The position numbers and the translations under genes are program-made. A DNA stretch of 63,384 bases from Octopus bimaculoides (taxonomy: Eukaryota): positions 105,891,701-105,955,084 of the forward strand of contig NC_068986.1 in the NCBI RefSeq assembly GCF_001194135.2, given 5' to 3'. Position 1 is the stretch's first letter; each line of letters opens with the position of its first letter. The notes beneath the pieces are model-generated. The model was not told where the DNA came from, did no database searches, and was given only the letters and a program-made list of their open reading frames with translations. Below are positions 1-12,682 of the stretch, one piece after another.

Positions 1-280
1 GTGAAAAGACATTCGAGTGAGTTCGTTGCCAGTACTGGACTGGCTCCTGTGCAGGTGGCATGTAAAATACACCATTTCGAGCGTGGCCGTTGCCAGCACC
101 TCCTGACTGGCCTTCATGCCGGTGGCACGTAAAAGCACCCACTACACTCTCAGAGTGGTTGGTGTTAGGAAGGGCATCCAGCTGGAGAAACTCTGCCAAA
201 TCAGATTGGAGCCTGGTGTAGCCATCTGGTTCACCAGTCCTCAGTCAATATAGAACTTAAATACAGAACTGAAATATTAA

Positions 281-467
281 CCCTTTAGCATTCTGATTAT
301 TCTGAATTAATCTTGTATCATCTTGCAGCTTCGGAATTTCAGAGATGTGATCGTGTATTTTTTAGAATGACATAGTAGGGTAGGTGTGAGAGGTGAGAAC
401 TGACTTGTTCAGACATAAAACAAATTGAATATTCAGTCTGAATACGGTTGGTTTAAATGCTAAAGGG
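281..467. mobile_element. piggyBac-like MITE
   Basis: Perfect 12-bp TIR CCCTTTAGCATT flanked by TTAA at 277-280 and 468-471. Confidence 0.8.
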
Positions 468-572
468 TTAAATTACATGTACTAAAAGTAACTGTAAGCT
501 TAACTGCTTCAATAGGTCAAAAGAAGTCTTGCCTAGGGTTAAAAAACAAGAGGGTAATATAATAAGACTTAC

Positions 573-679
573 TCATTGATCTGTAACAAACCAGTGTGTC
601 TCAGGTGTTGCAGTAACTGATTGGCTGATTCAGAATACATTGACTCAGAGTGAATCTCAGTGAAGGAGATACCAAGTCT
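573..679 (-). CDS. RARS2: RARS2 exon 10 (RLGISFTEIHSESMY...GLLQIN); gene continues beyond window start
   Basis: tgatttcag acceptor, GTAAGT donor, 107 nt; matches RLG..F.....ES.Y. Confidence 0.93.
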
Positions 680-1151
680 CTGAAATCAGACAAAAGAACA
701 AGTCCTGTGTTAGGTGAGACGACTTCTCATGACGATGACAGCTTTGAAATGCAGTAACATTTTCGTGAATCTAGCATGATATTATTAGCTGACCCTGTGC
801 CATCAAAAATGGCAGGTAACTAGTATTTTATGTATAAATAAGGTACAAAATCAGGCACATAATCACAGATACAAACATTCACATATTACCCTTGTATTGG
901 GTTGTCCGGAAAGTTCATGCCGATTTTTAAAGGAAACAAAAAGGTCAATAAATACTTGCCATTTTTCCATGTTAGCATAGATTAGATGGATTTGCATCTG
1001 AAGCAGGATTTTATGGTTAACAGCTACTTTTCCTGCCTCTAACTATCACCTGTTTCTCAAGATATATACATATACNNNNNNNNNNNNNNNNNNNNNNNNN
1101 NNNNNNNNNNNNNNNNNNNNNNNNNNNNNNNNNNNNNNNNNNNNNNNNNNT

Positions 1152-1189
<38 letters not shown>

Positions 1190-1409
1190 TAAATATAAGG
1201 ATAAAATTTTTATAAGAATTTATCAAGCAGTCAGCATGAAAAACCAGTTAAGGGAAAAATTTATACAAAATATATAATTATTTCTTTTGAATATAAATAC
1301 ATTCATTATATTGAAGGCTATTGCTAAATCTAAATGCTTCACGCTATAAGGGACTCTGCTTAATTAAGTATCAAAAATCAAAATTCCAATCAGAATCTCA
1401 ATCAAATCG

Positions 1410-1857
1410 AAATCAAAATGGAAATTGTAGTTGTGGCCGATGCCAATGCAGCCTGACTGGCTCCCATGCTGGTGGCATGCAATAAGCACCATTCATGTGT
1501 GGGTTGTTGCCAGTGCCACTTGACTGGCACCCTGTGCCAGTGGAATGTAAAAAGCACCATCTGAATGTGGTTGATGCCAGCCCTCCCTGCTCTGACTGGC
1601 TCCCGTGCTGGTAGCATGTAAAAAGCACCATTGTAACATGGCCGATGCCAGTGCTTCCTGTCTGGCTCCCTTGCCGGTGGCATGTAAAAAGCACCGACTA
1701 CAATCTCGGAGTGGTTGGCGTTAGGAAGGGCATCCTGCTGTAGAAACCTTGCCAGATCAGATTTGGAGTCTGGTGCAGCCTCCTGGCTTACCAGTCTCCA
1801 GTCAAACCGTCCAACCCATGCTAGCATGGAAAGTAGATGTTAAATGATGATGATGAC
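1410..1857 (+). repeat. Family A repeat: tandem ~55-bp units plus an RTE-like 3' end with (GAT)n tail; representative of more than 20 copies in both orientations
   Basis: Recurrent GCACGTAAAAGCACC...GTGGTTGGCGTTAGGAAGGGCATCCAGCTGTAGAAAC...CCATGCTAGCATGGAAAGCGGACGTTAAACGATGATG; also near 1, 3040, 5310, 10510, 12905, 20840, 35100, 37620, 42225, 44385, 46740, 55420, 59245, 62860. Confidence 0.9.
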
Positions 1858-2411
1858 ACGGTACCAAAAGTGGGGAATGTAACTTGGAAGTCGCCTCTTA
1901 AAAACAGATTTAGCTGCAAATCACATGGTTTCGTAGGTAGTGTACACAATACACTTTCTATTCATCAGTGCTAACAGAATCAGAATACATAAAAATGAAT
2001 ACATGTATGTATCAGGCAAACATGTATATATATATATATAAATAATACAGAATGGGACAAGAACGCAAAACATCCGGACAAGGTGATACAAAAGTAGGAT
2101 GAGAAAACATCCAGATAAACGATACAAAGAAAACAAGGACGGGTCATATACATATATATATGCTATTAAGTTAGACATGGCCTGGACCAATCTTTGGTCG
2201 AACCATATCTAAGTTTTATCTAAGTTATATATCGTTGTCGTTGTTTAACGTCCGCTTTCCATGCTAGCATGGGTTGGACGATTTGACTGAGGACTGGTGA
2301 AACCAGATGGCTACACCAGGCTCCAATCTGATTTGGCAGAGTATATATATATATATATAGATAGAGAGAGAGAGAAAATAACAAATTGTCTTAGTTCCAG
2401 TCAAGACCTAC

Positions 2412-2485
2412 CTTGTATATTTTCTGATATTCTTTGATGCTCAAGTCTCGAAATCGTTTCCAAAGATCCAAGCTTTTTCCTTCTC
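2412..2485 (-). CDS. RARS2: RARS2 exon 9 (EGKSLDLWKRFRDLSIKEYQKIYK)
   Basis: tctcctag acceptor, GTAGGT donor, 74 nt; matches ArgRS LW..FRDLSI.EY...YK. Confidence 0.95.
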
Positions 2486-5095
2486 CTAGGAGAGGAAAAT
2501 AAATAAACAAATAAATAAATGAAAAATGAAAACAAAAGGGCTCACCTGGAGTATTTATTTAGACAGGCATCTCAAGTCCATGTGGCTAAGACTTTGTTTT
2601 GCATCTTGGGGATATTTGTACTGAAAGTATATACACCGTTGAAAGGCATGATGCTGTGGTTTTTGCCTGAGAGAAAATTTCTTCCAAAACACACGCTAAA
2701 ATCAAACAGCAAGATGAATATTGTCTCAGCAGTGGCTTACAAGCACACTAGATACATTTCAGCATTCTTGGGCCTTGTCAATAATATGTATTTACTAGTT
2801 AGATACCTAGACAAAACCTGCCCCTTCTGATATATAAGAAACAGTGGATAATGCATTCACTGATATTGTGGAAAGCCTGGTGGGCTGAATATAAAAAAAA
2901 GTTTGGTACACAGTATTTTGGCAACTTTCTGCCATAGTTTCAGGTTGACCAATGCCTTGCAAATAACATCTGGTAGACAGAATCAGTGTTGAAGCTCACC
3001 ATACAAGGTATGGGCATTGCTGTGTGATTAAGTACTTCAAGTGCATGTAAAAAGCACCATTTGAGCATGATCGTTTCCAGCTTTGCCTTACTGGCACTTG
3101 TGCCGGTGGTATGTCAACAAAACATTGGACTGATTCCTGTTCAGGTGGCACGTAAAAAACACCATTTGAGCGTGGCCGTTGCCAGTATCGCTGGACTGGC
3201 CCTCATGCTGGTGAAATGTAAAAAGCACCCACTACACTCTCGGAGTGGTTAGCGTTAGGAAGGGCATCCAGCTGTAGAAACTATGCCAGATCAGGTTGGA
3301 GTCTGGTGCAGCCATCTGGTTCGCCAGTTCCCAGTCAAATCGTCCAACCCATGCTAGCATGGAAAGCGGACGTTAAACAATGACGATGACGATGATGATG
3401 ATTGCCAACTGAACAGTTTCAGATTTGGTCCTGCTGTGTCTTAAGTATCTTCTACTAAGACCCCTGGGCCAGCCAAAACCTTGAGAACGGATTTAGTAGA
3501 TGGAAACCAAACAAAGACTGTCATGCATATATATTTATATATATCATTAACATCATTCCACATCCATTTTCCATGCTGGTGTGGGTAGGACAGTTTGACA
3601 GGAAGGGCAAGTCAGAAGACAGTGCCAAGCTCCACTGTCTGCTTTGGTATGGTTTCTATGGCTGGATGCCCTTCCTAACACCAAGCAGTCTGAGAGTGTA
3701 ATGGGTGCTTTTACACACAAGTTACGTGACTCTGGCATTGGTCACATTGCCTCCGTGAGGCCTAGTGCTCAAATGATGCTTTTTATGTGCCACCGTCATG
3801 GGTGCCAGTTATGTGACACCAGCATTGATAACAACTACGATTTTACTTGGCTTGACGGGTTTTCTCAAGCATGGCATTTTGCCAAAGGTCTTGGTGACTC
3901 GTCATTGCCTCTGTGAGACCCAGTGTTTGAAAATTATGCTTCATCACATCATCTCATCTTGGGTCTACTTCTACCACAGGTTCCCTCCACAGTTAGAGAT
4001 CGGCACTTCATTATACAGCTGTCCTTGTCCATATATCATCATCATCATCGTTTAACATCCGTTTTCCATGCTAGCGTAGGTTGGACGGTTTGACTGGGGT
4101 CTGGGAAGCCAGGAGGCTGCAGCAGGCTCCAGTCTGATCTGGCAGTGTTTCTAAAGCTGGATGCTCTTCCTACCACCAACCACTCCGTGAGTGTAGTGGG
4201 TGCTTTTTTATGTGCCATATATGTATAATATATGTACACATAAATATATAAAAGATACCTGTGTGTGTGTGCATCCCTTTGTCTTATCACTATATGGTAG
4301 TTCTAAACAAAATTCAGTGTCATACAAACAATATTGCTCAATTCCTGTCTTCCTTAAAAACACATGTCTGTCCTCAGGGAAATATTACTTTGCTTGGATT
4401 CAAGTGAAGGCTGGTAACAATAAGAGCAAAATCTTCCTCAACAGTTTTTGTCCGGCCCATGCAAGCATGGGGAAAGCGGGCATTAAAATGATGGTGATGA
4501 TGGTATATTGATATCACCAGATCATTGCGTTAACATCTACGTTTTTCATGCATGTATAGGCCACACAGAATTCTTTTCTACTCTAGGCACAAGGCCCGAA
4601 ATTTGGTGGGGAGGGAGCCAGTCGATTACATTGACCCCACTATGCAACTGGTACTTAATTTATCAACCCTACTACACTACTGGTACTTAATTTATCAACC
4701 CTGAAAGGATGAAAGGCAAAGTCAACCTCGGCAGAATTTGAACTCAGAACGTAAAGAGAGACGAAATACTGCTAAGCATTTCGCCCGGCGTACTAACGTT
4801 TCTGCCAGCTCGCCGCCTTATAGGCCCCACAGAATTCAATGAGGCAGATTTATTTATGGACAGGTGGTGCCCTCTCACCAGCTAACCCTCCCCTTCTAAC
4901 CAAAATTCTGTGATATTGGTAGCGGCTTAAAGTTTTGTCCCTCTTGTTCGCGGTAAACTAACTTATCGCATATAGGCATTTACATCCACTCCTTAAATAC
5001 AAGCACCAATTCTTTGAGTCTAAGAAATCAAAAGTAAAGAATTGTCCAATATTAAAAGAGTAATTTGAAGTTCAAAACAAACACAGGATTTTTAC

Positions 5096-5207
5096 CTTTC
5101 TCCATCTTTTGGAAGATTTCTCGACTCCGATTATACAGACTCTGTGAGTCTTCAACACATTTCGTATCAGTTTCTTGGGTTGCATCTTTGTTTACTTTCA
5201 CATACAC
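5096..5207 (-). CDS. RARS2: RARS2 exon 8 (VYVKVNKDA...SREIFQKMEKG)
   Basis: attaatag acceptor, GTAAAA donor, 112 nt; matches VYVxVNK...FxxxExG. Confidence 0.92.
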
Positions 5208-5999
5208 CTATTAATGTATACAATGGACACAATATATTTTAGGAGTTATATACACAGGGTGTTTAGGCTAAATTCAACAGTTTGCATTAAAAGAAAAGAA
5301 AACATATGAATGAGTGGTTGGTGTTAGGAAGGGCATCCAGCTGTAGAAACTCTGCCAGATCAGATTGGAGCCTGGTGCAGCCTTCTGGCTTGCCAGTCCT
5401 CAGTCAAATCGTCCAACCCATGCTAGCATGGAAAGCGGACGTTAAACGATGATGATGATGATGATGATCCATATTTGTACACAAAATACTACAATTAACC
5501 GTCATTTTTGACAGCATGGGGCCAGCTGGTAGGATACATAATGATGATGATGTGTGGTGTGTGTGGGTGTGTGGGTGTGTGTGCATATGTATAGCTGTGT
5601 GGTGCTGTTTGGATTCCAAGTCAGGTCTAGTCTAGCAGAACTATGACACAAAAAACATTCTGACCATGCCCATCACACCTTTGTGTATATCAGGAACTAC
5701 ACTAACCAATGCATTCTTCCTTGTTTTAAAGCAGCGGGATGTGATTCAAAAGGAGATTCTGCTGTTATTTCTTGCAAGCAGAGCAACCACATAGAGCCTC
5801 TTCATTTGTTGGCACATGTCCATGTGACTTTGTGTAAATGCATGCATACACACATGCATGTCTGTGTGTGAGAGAGTGGTCTGTATGTGTGTTTGTGTGT
5901 GTGTGCGTGAGTGTGTGTATAATGTCCTTTTAGCATAGTGAAAGCTTCGGATGCAATGGTCAGAAGACGAGGTCTAAAACCAATACATAGTGCACTGAC

Positions 6000-6076
6000 C
6001 TGGAACAAATGATGGAGTGGGTCAGCAAGCAGTTTGGTTTCACAGCCATATTGATGGTAGCCAGCAGCCAGAAGTC
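6000..6076 (-). CDS. RARS2: RARS2 exon 7 (GLLAAGYHQYGCETKLLADPLHHLFQ)
   Basis: aattacag acceptor, GTCAGT donor, 77 nt, phase 1 to 0; matches the ArgRS GLL..G...G.E..L...PL.HLF pattern. Confidence 0.93.
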
Positions 6077-6204
6077 CTGTAATTACAAAACAAAATGGTA
6101 TTTATTCAGTTATTAATATCTGACTCGAGGATGTGTGGGGGAGGGGACCGAAAGTTAAGTATGGATATGTGGGTAGATGGGTGGGTGAGTGAGGTTTGGA
6201 GGAA

Positions 6205-6241
<37 letters not shown>

Positions 6242-6450
6242 CCCTATTATTTGTTTCACTTATTAGACTGTGGTCAAGCTGGAGCACTGCCTTAAAGAAT
6301 TTTAGTCAAATGAATCAACCCCAGTGCTATATTTTAAAGCCTGGTACTTATTCTATTGGACCCATTTGTTGAACTACTAAGTTATAGGGATGTAAACAAA
6401 CCGATGCTGGTTTTCAAGCAGTGGTGAGGAAGAAACACAGACAGATACAT

Positions 6451-6503
<53 letters not shown>

Positions 6504-7141
6504 GATGTATGTATGTATGTCTATGTGAGTGTGTGTGATTGGCTTGTTTCAGTTTCTGCCTACCAAATCCACTGGCAGAGCTTTCGTTGGCCCATGGCTT
6601 TAATAGAAGACACTTGACCGGTGGAATGTAAAAAGCACCGTTCGAGTGTGGTCGATGCCAGTGCCACCTGATTGACTCCAATGCTGGTGGCACATAAAAA
6701 GCACCATTCAAGCATGGTTGATGCCAGTGGTGTCTGACTGGCACCCATGCCAGTAGAATGTAAAAAGCATCATTCGAACATGGTCGATGCCAGTTTCGCC
6801 TGATTGGCACCCATGCTGGTGGAACATAAAATGCACCATTCTAGTGTGGCTGATGATGACGAGGGAGGTGGTGCTGCTGCTGATGATGATGATGATGATG
6901 ACGATGTTGATGATAATGTTGGTGGTGATGATGGTGACTGTGATGGCGGCGATGTTAGTCATGAATAACAATGTTAGTGATGATGGTGATGGTGATGATG
7001 ATGATGATGATAGATGATGAAAGAACCTGAGTTTTTACATATACAACACACACACAAATACAAACATTGCCATGTATTCACATATACAAATATACATTCC
7101 CTTATATATACACACACACACATACATTCCCCATACATTAA

Positions 7142-7365
7142 CGGCGGTGAGCTGGCAGAAACGTTAGCACGCCGGGCAAAATGTTTAGCGGTATTTCGTC
7201 TGCCGCTATGTTCTGAGTTCAAATTCCGCCAAAGTCGACTTTGCCTTTCATCCTTTCGGGGTCGATTAAATAAGTTCCAGTTATGCACTGGGGTCGATAT
7301 AATCGACTTAATCCGTGTTTGTCTGTCCTTGTTTGTCCCCTCTGTGTGTAGCCTCTTGTGAGTAG
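7142..7365 (+). mobile_element. Family B tRNA-derived SINE; representative copy
   Basis: Box A-like GAGCTGGCAGAAACG, box B GAGTTCAAATTCC, conserved core GACTTTGCCTTTCATCCTTTCGGGGTCGAT; also near 4560, 7760, 15943-16560 (tandem), 25160, 36280, 38680, 43320, 60960. Confidence 0.85.
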
Positions 7366-7530
7366 TAAAGAAATAACACATACATTCCCCTATACACATA
7401 TATATACACACACAAACATACGTTCCCATAGACACATAGAAATAGATACATTCTCTAACACATTCACACATCCATTTCTAATTTACATAACAGCAGCATT
7501 ATATTTCCCCAAAATTTCATGTCCCCCTTA

Positions 7531-7695
<165 letters not shown>

Positions 7696-8319
7696 TTAAA
7701 AAAAAAAAACAACAATAAACAACAAAGAAACAAAAACATATATAACTAATATATTCTTTTCTGCTCTAGGCACAAGGCCTGAAATTTGAAATTTGTGGGG
7801 AGGGGCCAGTTGATTAGATTGACTCCAGGATGCAACTGGTACTTAATTTATAGACCCCGAAAGGATGAAAGGCAAAGTTGACCTCGGCGGAATTTGAACT
7901 CTGAACGTAACAGCAGACGAAATATCGCTAAGCATTTCGCTCGGCGTGCTAATGTTTCTTATTTCTTTATTGCCCACAAGGGGCTAAACATAGAGAGGAC
8001 AAACAAGGACAGATAAAGGGATTAAGTCTATTACATCGACCCCAATGCGTAACTGGTATTTAATTTATTGACCCCGAAAGGATGAAAGGCAAAGTCGACC
8101 TCGGCGGAATTTGAACTCAGAACATAATGGCAGACGAAACACCGCTAGGCATGTTGCCCAGTGTGCTAACGTTTCTACCAGTTTGCCGCCTTTAATAACT
8201 AATACCAACTTCTTCGGATTCTAGACGTCGAGACAAAGGAAATGATATACTACCCTCGTAAATGGCTGGAGTGGCACTTACGACACACTGTTACTCAAAG
8301 CCTCAAATAAACAACTTAC

Positions 8320-8426
8320 CTGTATTCTATCACGACGGTCTGCTTCTCTGTTTGGTTGTCTGTCTGATGAAGATGACTGGTAAAGCCATACTTACTACCC
8401 TCGTTATATACACTGGACAATATCAC
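8320..8426 (-). CDS. RARS2: RARS2 exon 5 (VILSSVYNEGSKYGF...QTVVIEY)
   Basis: ctgctttcag acceptor, GTAAGT donor, 107 nt; the EGSKYG and VVIEY(S) motifs precede the ArgRS HIGH region. Confidence 0.92.
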
Positions 8427-11074
8427 CTGAAAGCAGAAAGAAAACAGCTCATCTGTGACCAGTCGACTGATCATTGCCAACATGGAAAACGCATGTTAAT
8501 GTTGACGATGATGATGATGATGTATATATCGTTACTGTTATGCAAAAGTGCCGTAAGTCCAAAATGTTGCGTTTTCAGAAAATGAAATAATAGTTTCACC
8601 ATTCCATAGCAAAATCTTTGTACTAGCAGCTAGAGATATGATAGTTTGACCAAAAGAACCAGCTATTGTAAGCAAAAATAAATATTGAACAACAAAGCAT
8701 TTGACCAAATTTGGATGTACAACAGTTTAACACAATAACAATGATTATATATATCATCATCATCGTTTAACGTCCGCTTTCCATGCTAGCATGGGTTGGA
8801 CGACTAGACTGAGGACTGGTGAAACCGGATGGCAACACCAGGCTCCAATCTAAATTTGGCAGAGTTTCTACAGCTGGATGCCCTTCCTAACGCCAACCAC
8901 TCAGAGAGTGTAGTAGGTGCTTTTACGTGTCACCTGCACGAAGGCCAGTCAGGCGATACTGGCANNNNNNNNNNNNNNNNNNNNNNNNNNNNNNNNNNNN
9001 NNNNNNNNNNNNNNNNNNNNNNNNNNNNNNNNNNNNNNNNNNNNNNNNNNNNNNNNNNNNNNNNNNNNNNNNNNNNNNNNNNNNNNNNNNNNNNNNNNNN
9101 NNNNNNNNNNNNNNNNNNNNNNNNNNNNNNNNNNNNNNNNNNNNNNNNNNNNNNNNNNNNNNNNNNNNNNNNNNNNNNNNNNNNNNNNNNNNNNNNNNNN
9201 NNNNNNNNNNNNNNNNNNNNNNNNNNNNNNNNNNNNNNNNNNNNNNNNNNNNNNNNNNNNNNNNNNNNNNNNNNNNNNNNNNNNNNNNNNNNNNNNNNNN
9301 NNNNNNNNNNNNNNNNNNNNNNNNNNNNNNNNNNNNNNNNNNNNNNNNNNNNNNNNNNNNNNNNNNNNNNNNNNNNNNNNNNNNNNNNNNNATGATAGTT
9401 TGACCAAAAGAACCAGCTATTGTAAGCAAAAATAAATATTGAACAACAAAGCATTTGACCAAATTTGGATGTACAACAGTTTAACACAATAACAATGATT
9501 ATATATATCATCATCATCGTTTAACGTCCGCTTTCCATGCTAGCATGGGTTGGACGATTTGACTGAGGACTGGTGCAACCGGATGGCTACACCAGGCTCC
9601 AATCTAATTTGGCAGAGTTTCTACAGCTGGATGCCCTTCCTAACGCCAACCACTAAATGAGGATAAGATCGTTATTTAAAATACTGATCATATCAAGTGG
9701 CCAGCATGGGAATAAAAACCCTAAAGGTAATAGTTATTATTAAAATTATAATTAAAGGTATTTAAAAGATACCACCATGCTAGAAATAGCAGTCAAATCT
9801 TTTGGATAATTTTTATGCTAGTTTATTTGTGTGTTTGTCTTTTCTCCCAGTGCTGTATGAATACTTGATGTGGTTTAGAGTCAAGTTTTGACTGCTATCT
9901 CAAACATCTTTTAGATACCCTTAATTATAATTTTATATATATACATACATACATATATATAACAAGAGGTAAACAGGATTAATAAACCCAGGTAGAAATC
10001 TATCGAGAAAGCACCCAGTGTTAAGCCAATAAATTCAAATAGAATTAATATCCGAGAAGGGCATCCAGCTGTAGAAACTCTGCCAAATTAGATTGGAGCC
10101 TGATGTAGCCATCCGGTTGCACCAGTCCTCAGTCAAATCGTCCAACCCATGCTAGCATGGAAAGCGGACATTAAACGATGATGATGATGATGATGATAAT
10201 TCCTCATGTATGACAAGTAAACCCAAATAGAGCTTAGAAGAACTTCAAGAAATCCGGAGCAATTGACAGAATGAACCGGAATGGAGAAAATCACATCTTA
10301 ATTTGATAATTACACCATACATTAATGATGATCATTTCTATTGCGTTAGCATGTTTAGATACACGGAAAAAATGGTATAATGTATATATGACAGGCTTCT
10401 GTCAGTTTCCATCTACTAAATCTACATGCAGGGGTTTGGTTTGACTGGAACAATAGCAGAAGATACTTCTGCCAGTGCAGCATAACCAGCCCATTTAAGA
10501 GTACCCTTCAATCATTGGGTAATAAACTGCGCTTGCAAAGACCTGTTGAGGCAAATGAAGTCATTGTCGTGGCCGATGATAGTACTGCCTGATTGGCACG
10601 TAAAAAGCACCATTCGAGCGTGGTTGATACCAGTGCCACCTGACTGGTCCCATGCCGGTGGCACGTAAAAAGCACCACTGGTATGATCGTTGCCAGTGCT
10701 GCCTGACTGGCTCCTGTGCTGGCAGCATTTAAAAAGCACCATTCAAGTGTGGTTGATGCCAGTGCCAGGTGACTGACCCTCATGCTGGTGGCACGTAAAA
10801 AGCACACACTACACTCTCAGAGTGGTTGGCATTCGGAAGGGCATCCAGCTGTAGTAAAAACATTGCCAAATTGGATTGGAGCCTGGTGCAGCCTTCTGGC
10901 TTGCCAGCCCTCAGTCAAACTGTCCAACCTGTGCCAACATGGAAAGCAGACGTTAAATAATGATGATGGCCAAGTTTGTGCCTCTGCATATTTTTGCCAT
11001 TGTAAATAAACAAAAAAGTGTAGAGCATAACCCACCCACCCCCAAAATGCAATTCAATAAAAATCCAAACTAAC

Positions 11075-11155
11075 CTCTGTAATATTGGTTGGCTCAAATG
11101 TGAAATTGAAGAATTTACCATTGAAAGTGATTCCAAGTTCTTTAAAAGACGTATC
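11075..11155 (-). CDS. RARS2: RARS2 exon 4 (DTSFKELGITFNGKFFNFTFEPTNITE)
   Basis: ttgttttag acceptor, GTTAGT donor, 81 nt, phase 0 to 0. Confidence 0.8.
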
Positions 11156-11699
11156 CTAAAACAAGAAGTAAAAACATCTAAAAGAGGAAACAATGTTATT
11201 TATATTTATTTCATGTTGGGAATTTATAAAGAATAGCGCCATTAGTTGCAGCTTTCTAACAAGGGAGTATCAGTGTCTTTTATCATTTACTTGTTTCAGA
11301 CACTGGACTGTGCCCATGCTGGGGCACCACCTCAAAGGGTTCAGCCAAATAAATTGAACCCAGTTCTTATTCATTAAGTTGGGCACTTATTCTAATGGAC
11401 GCACTAAGTTACAGGGATGTAAAGAAACCAACATAGGTTGTCAAGCAGTGATAGAAAACAGACACAATACAAAGACACACACACACACACACACATAGAT
11501 ATGTCCTTTTCTATTCTAGGCATAAGGTTTGAAATTTTGGGGGAGGGGGGAAGTTGATTTGAATGACCCCAATGTGCAACTGGTACTTAATTTAATGACC
11601 CCAAATGAATGAAACGCAAACTCGACCTTGGTGGAATTTGAACTCAGAACGTAAAGACAGATGAAATACTGCTAAGCATTTCGCCCGGCGTGCTAACAT

Positions 11700-12017
11700 C
11701 TCTGCTAGCCCACCTAGAGAACTGCAACAACAGAACTGAGGAAAACCTCACAGATATGCACACAGCTGTGAGCGAAAATTGTTGCCCATGCATACCAGCC
11801 TCCCTTCTCCACGCCACCAGTGTTATCCAAGGGAAAGGCAAAAGGGGCCGATGCAGCTTGGCACCTGTGACGTCACAACTTATTTCTACAACTGAGTGAA
11901 CTGGAGCAACATAAAATAAAGTGTCTTGCTCAAGAACACAACACGCAGCCTGGTCAGGGATTCAAACTCATAACTTCACATTCGCAAGCTCAACACTCTA
12001 ACCACTGAGCCATGGGG
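11700..12017 (-). mobile_element. Family D tRNA-derived SINE; representative copy
   Basis: Head TGGCTCAGTGGTTAGAG...GAGTTTGAATCC then TCTTGAGCAAGACACTT; also near 28745-29065, 36820-37040, 53510-53727. Confidence 0.75.
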
Positions 12018-12570
12018 TAATGCCTTACTATTTACAAATATATATACATATATATACACACACACACCATCATACATATACATATATATCTATATATATA
12101 TATATATACATATATGTATATATATATTTATATATATAAACAAATAGTAAATGAGTATATGCATATATACGTACAGGTATGTGCATACCGACATCCACCT
12201 GTATGTATAGGTGCATATCTGGGTACAGGACATTGCAAACAAAACGTAGACGAGAAAACACACAAGCCACATAGAGAACATTCTACTTCATCAGCTACCC
12301 CCGTTTTAACACCGNNNNNNNNNNNNNNNNNNNNNNNNNNNNNNNNNNNNNNNNNNNNNNNNNNATATATATATATATATAAAACATTTAATGTAAATAG
12401 CTAAATTAATAATATACTTTTTGAATAAATTAACAAACTTAAGGTGTAAAATCTCGAAGAAATTTTAACAGAGAATTTTGAAAACAATTATAGAATTAAG
12501 AAAACAAAAAACACATTGTTATCATAAAAAAACCTAAAACAACAAACTATGAGAAACCATAAAATATTAC

Positions 12571-12682
12571 CTGAAATAAGCAGTCTTTTACTTGCTCAGC
12601 CAATTTATGGTTGGGATCAGAATTGTCCTTCAGGAAGTTATTCAGGTGTTGAGAATTAACCAAGAACTGACCAGATTCAAGA
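12571..12682 (-). CDS. RARS2: RARS2 exon 3 (LESGQFLVNSQHLNNFLKDNSDPNHKLAEQVKDCLFQ)
   Basis: catcttag acceptor, GTAATA donor, 112 nt, phase 2 to 0, open frame. Confidence 0.78.

Noticed and set aside
2285-2315. CUGAGGA...GAAA in every minus-orientation family A copy (GACTGAGGACTGGTGAAACCAG) resembling a hammerhead core
   Set aside because: The GAAA lies in the loop of the CUGG/CCAG hairpin rather than after stem II, and no stem III, UH site or stem I follows
7142-7230. tRNA-like heads with box A and box B
   Set aside because: No complete cloverleaf; each continues into a SINE body, so not called as tRNA genes
8634-9600. ~200-bp direct duplication on either side of the gap at 8965-9390
   Set aside because: Typical scaffolding overlap artefact; same for 23455-23600 around the 10-N gap
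10510-10810. Tandem ~55-bp units in family A resembling a CRISPR array
   Set aside because: Contiguous degenerate units with no unique spacers or cas genes, inside a eukaryotic retroposon
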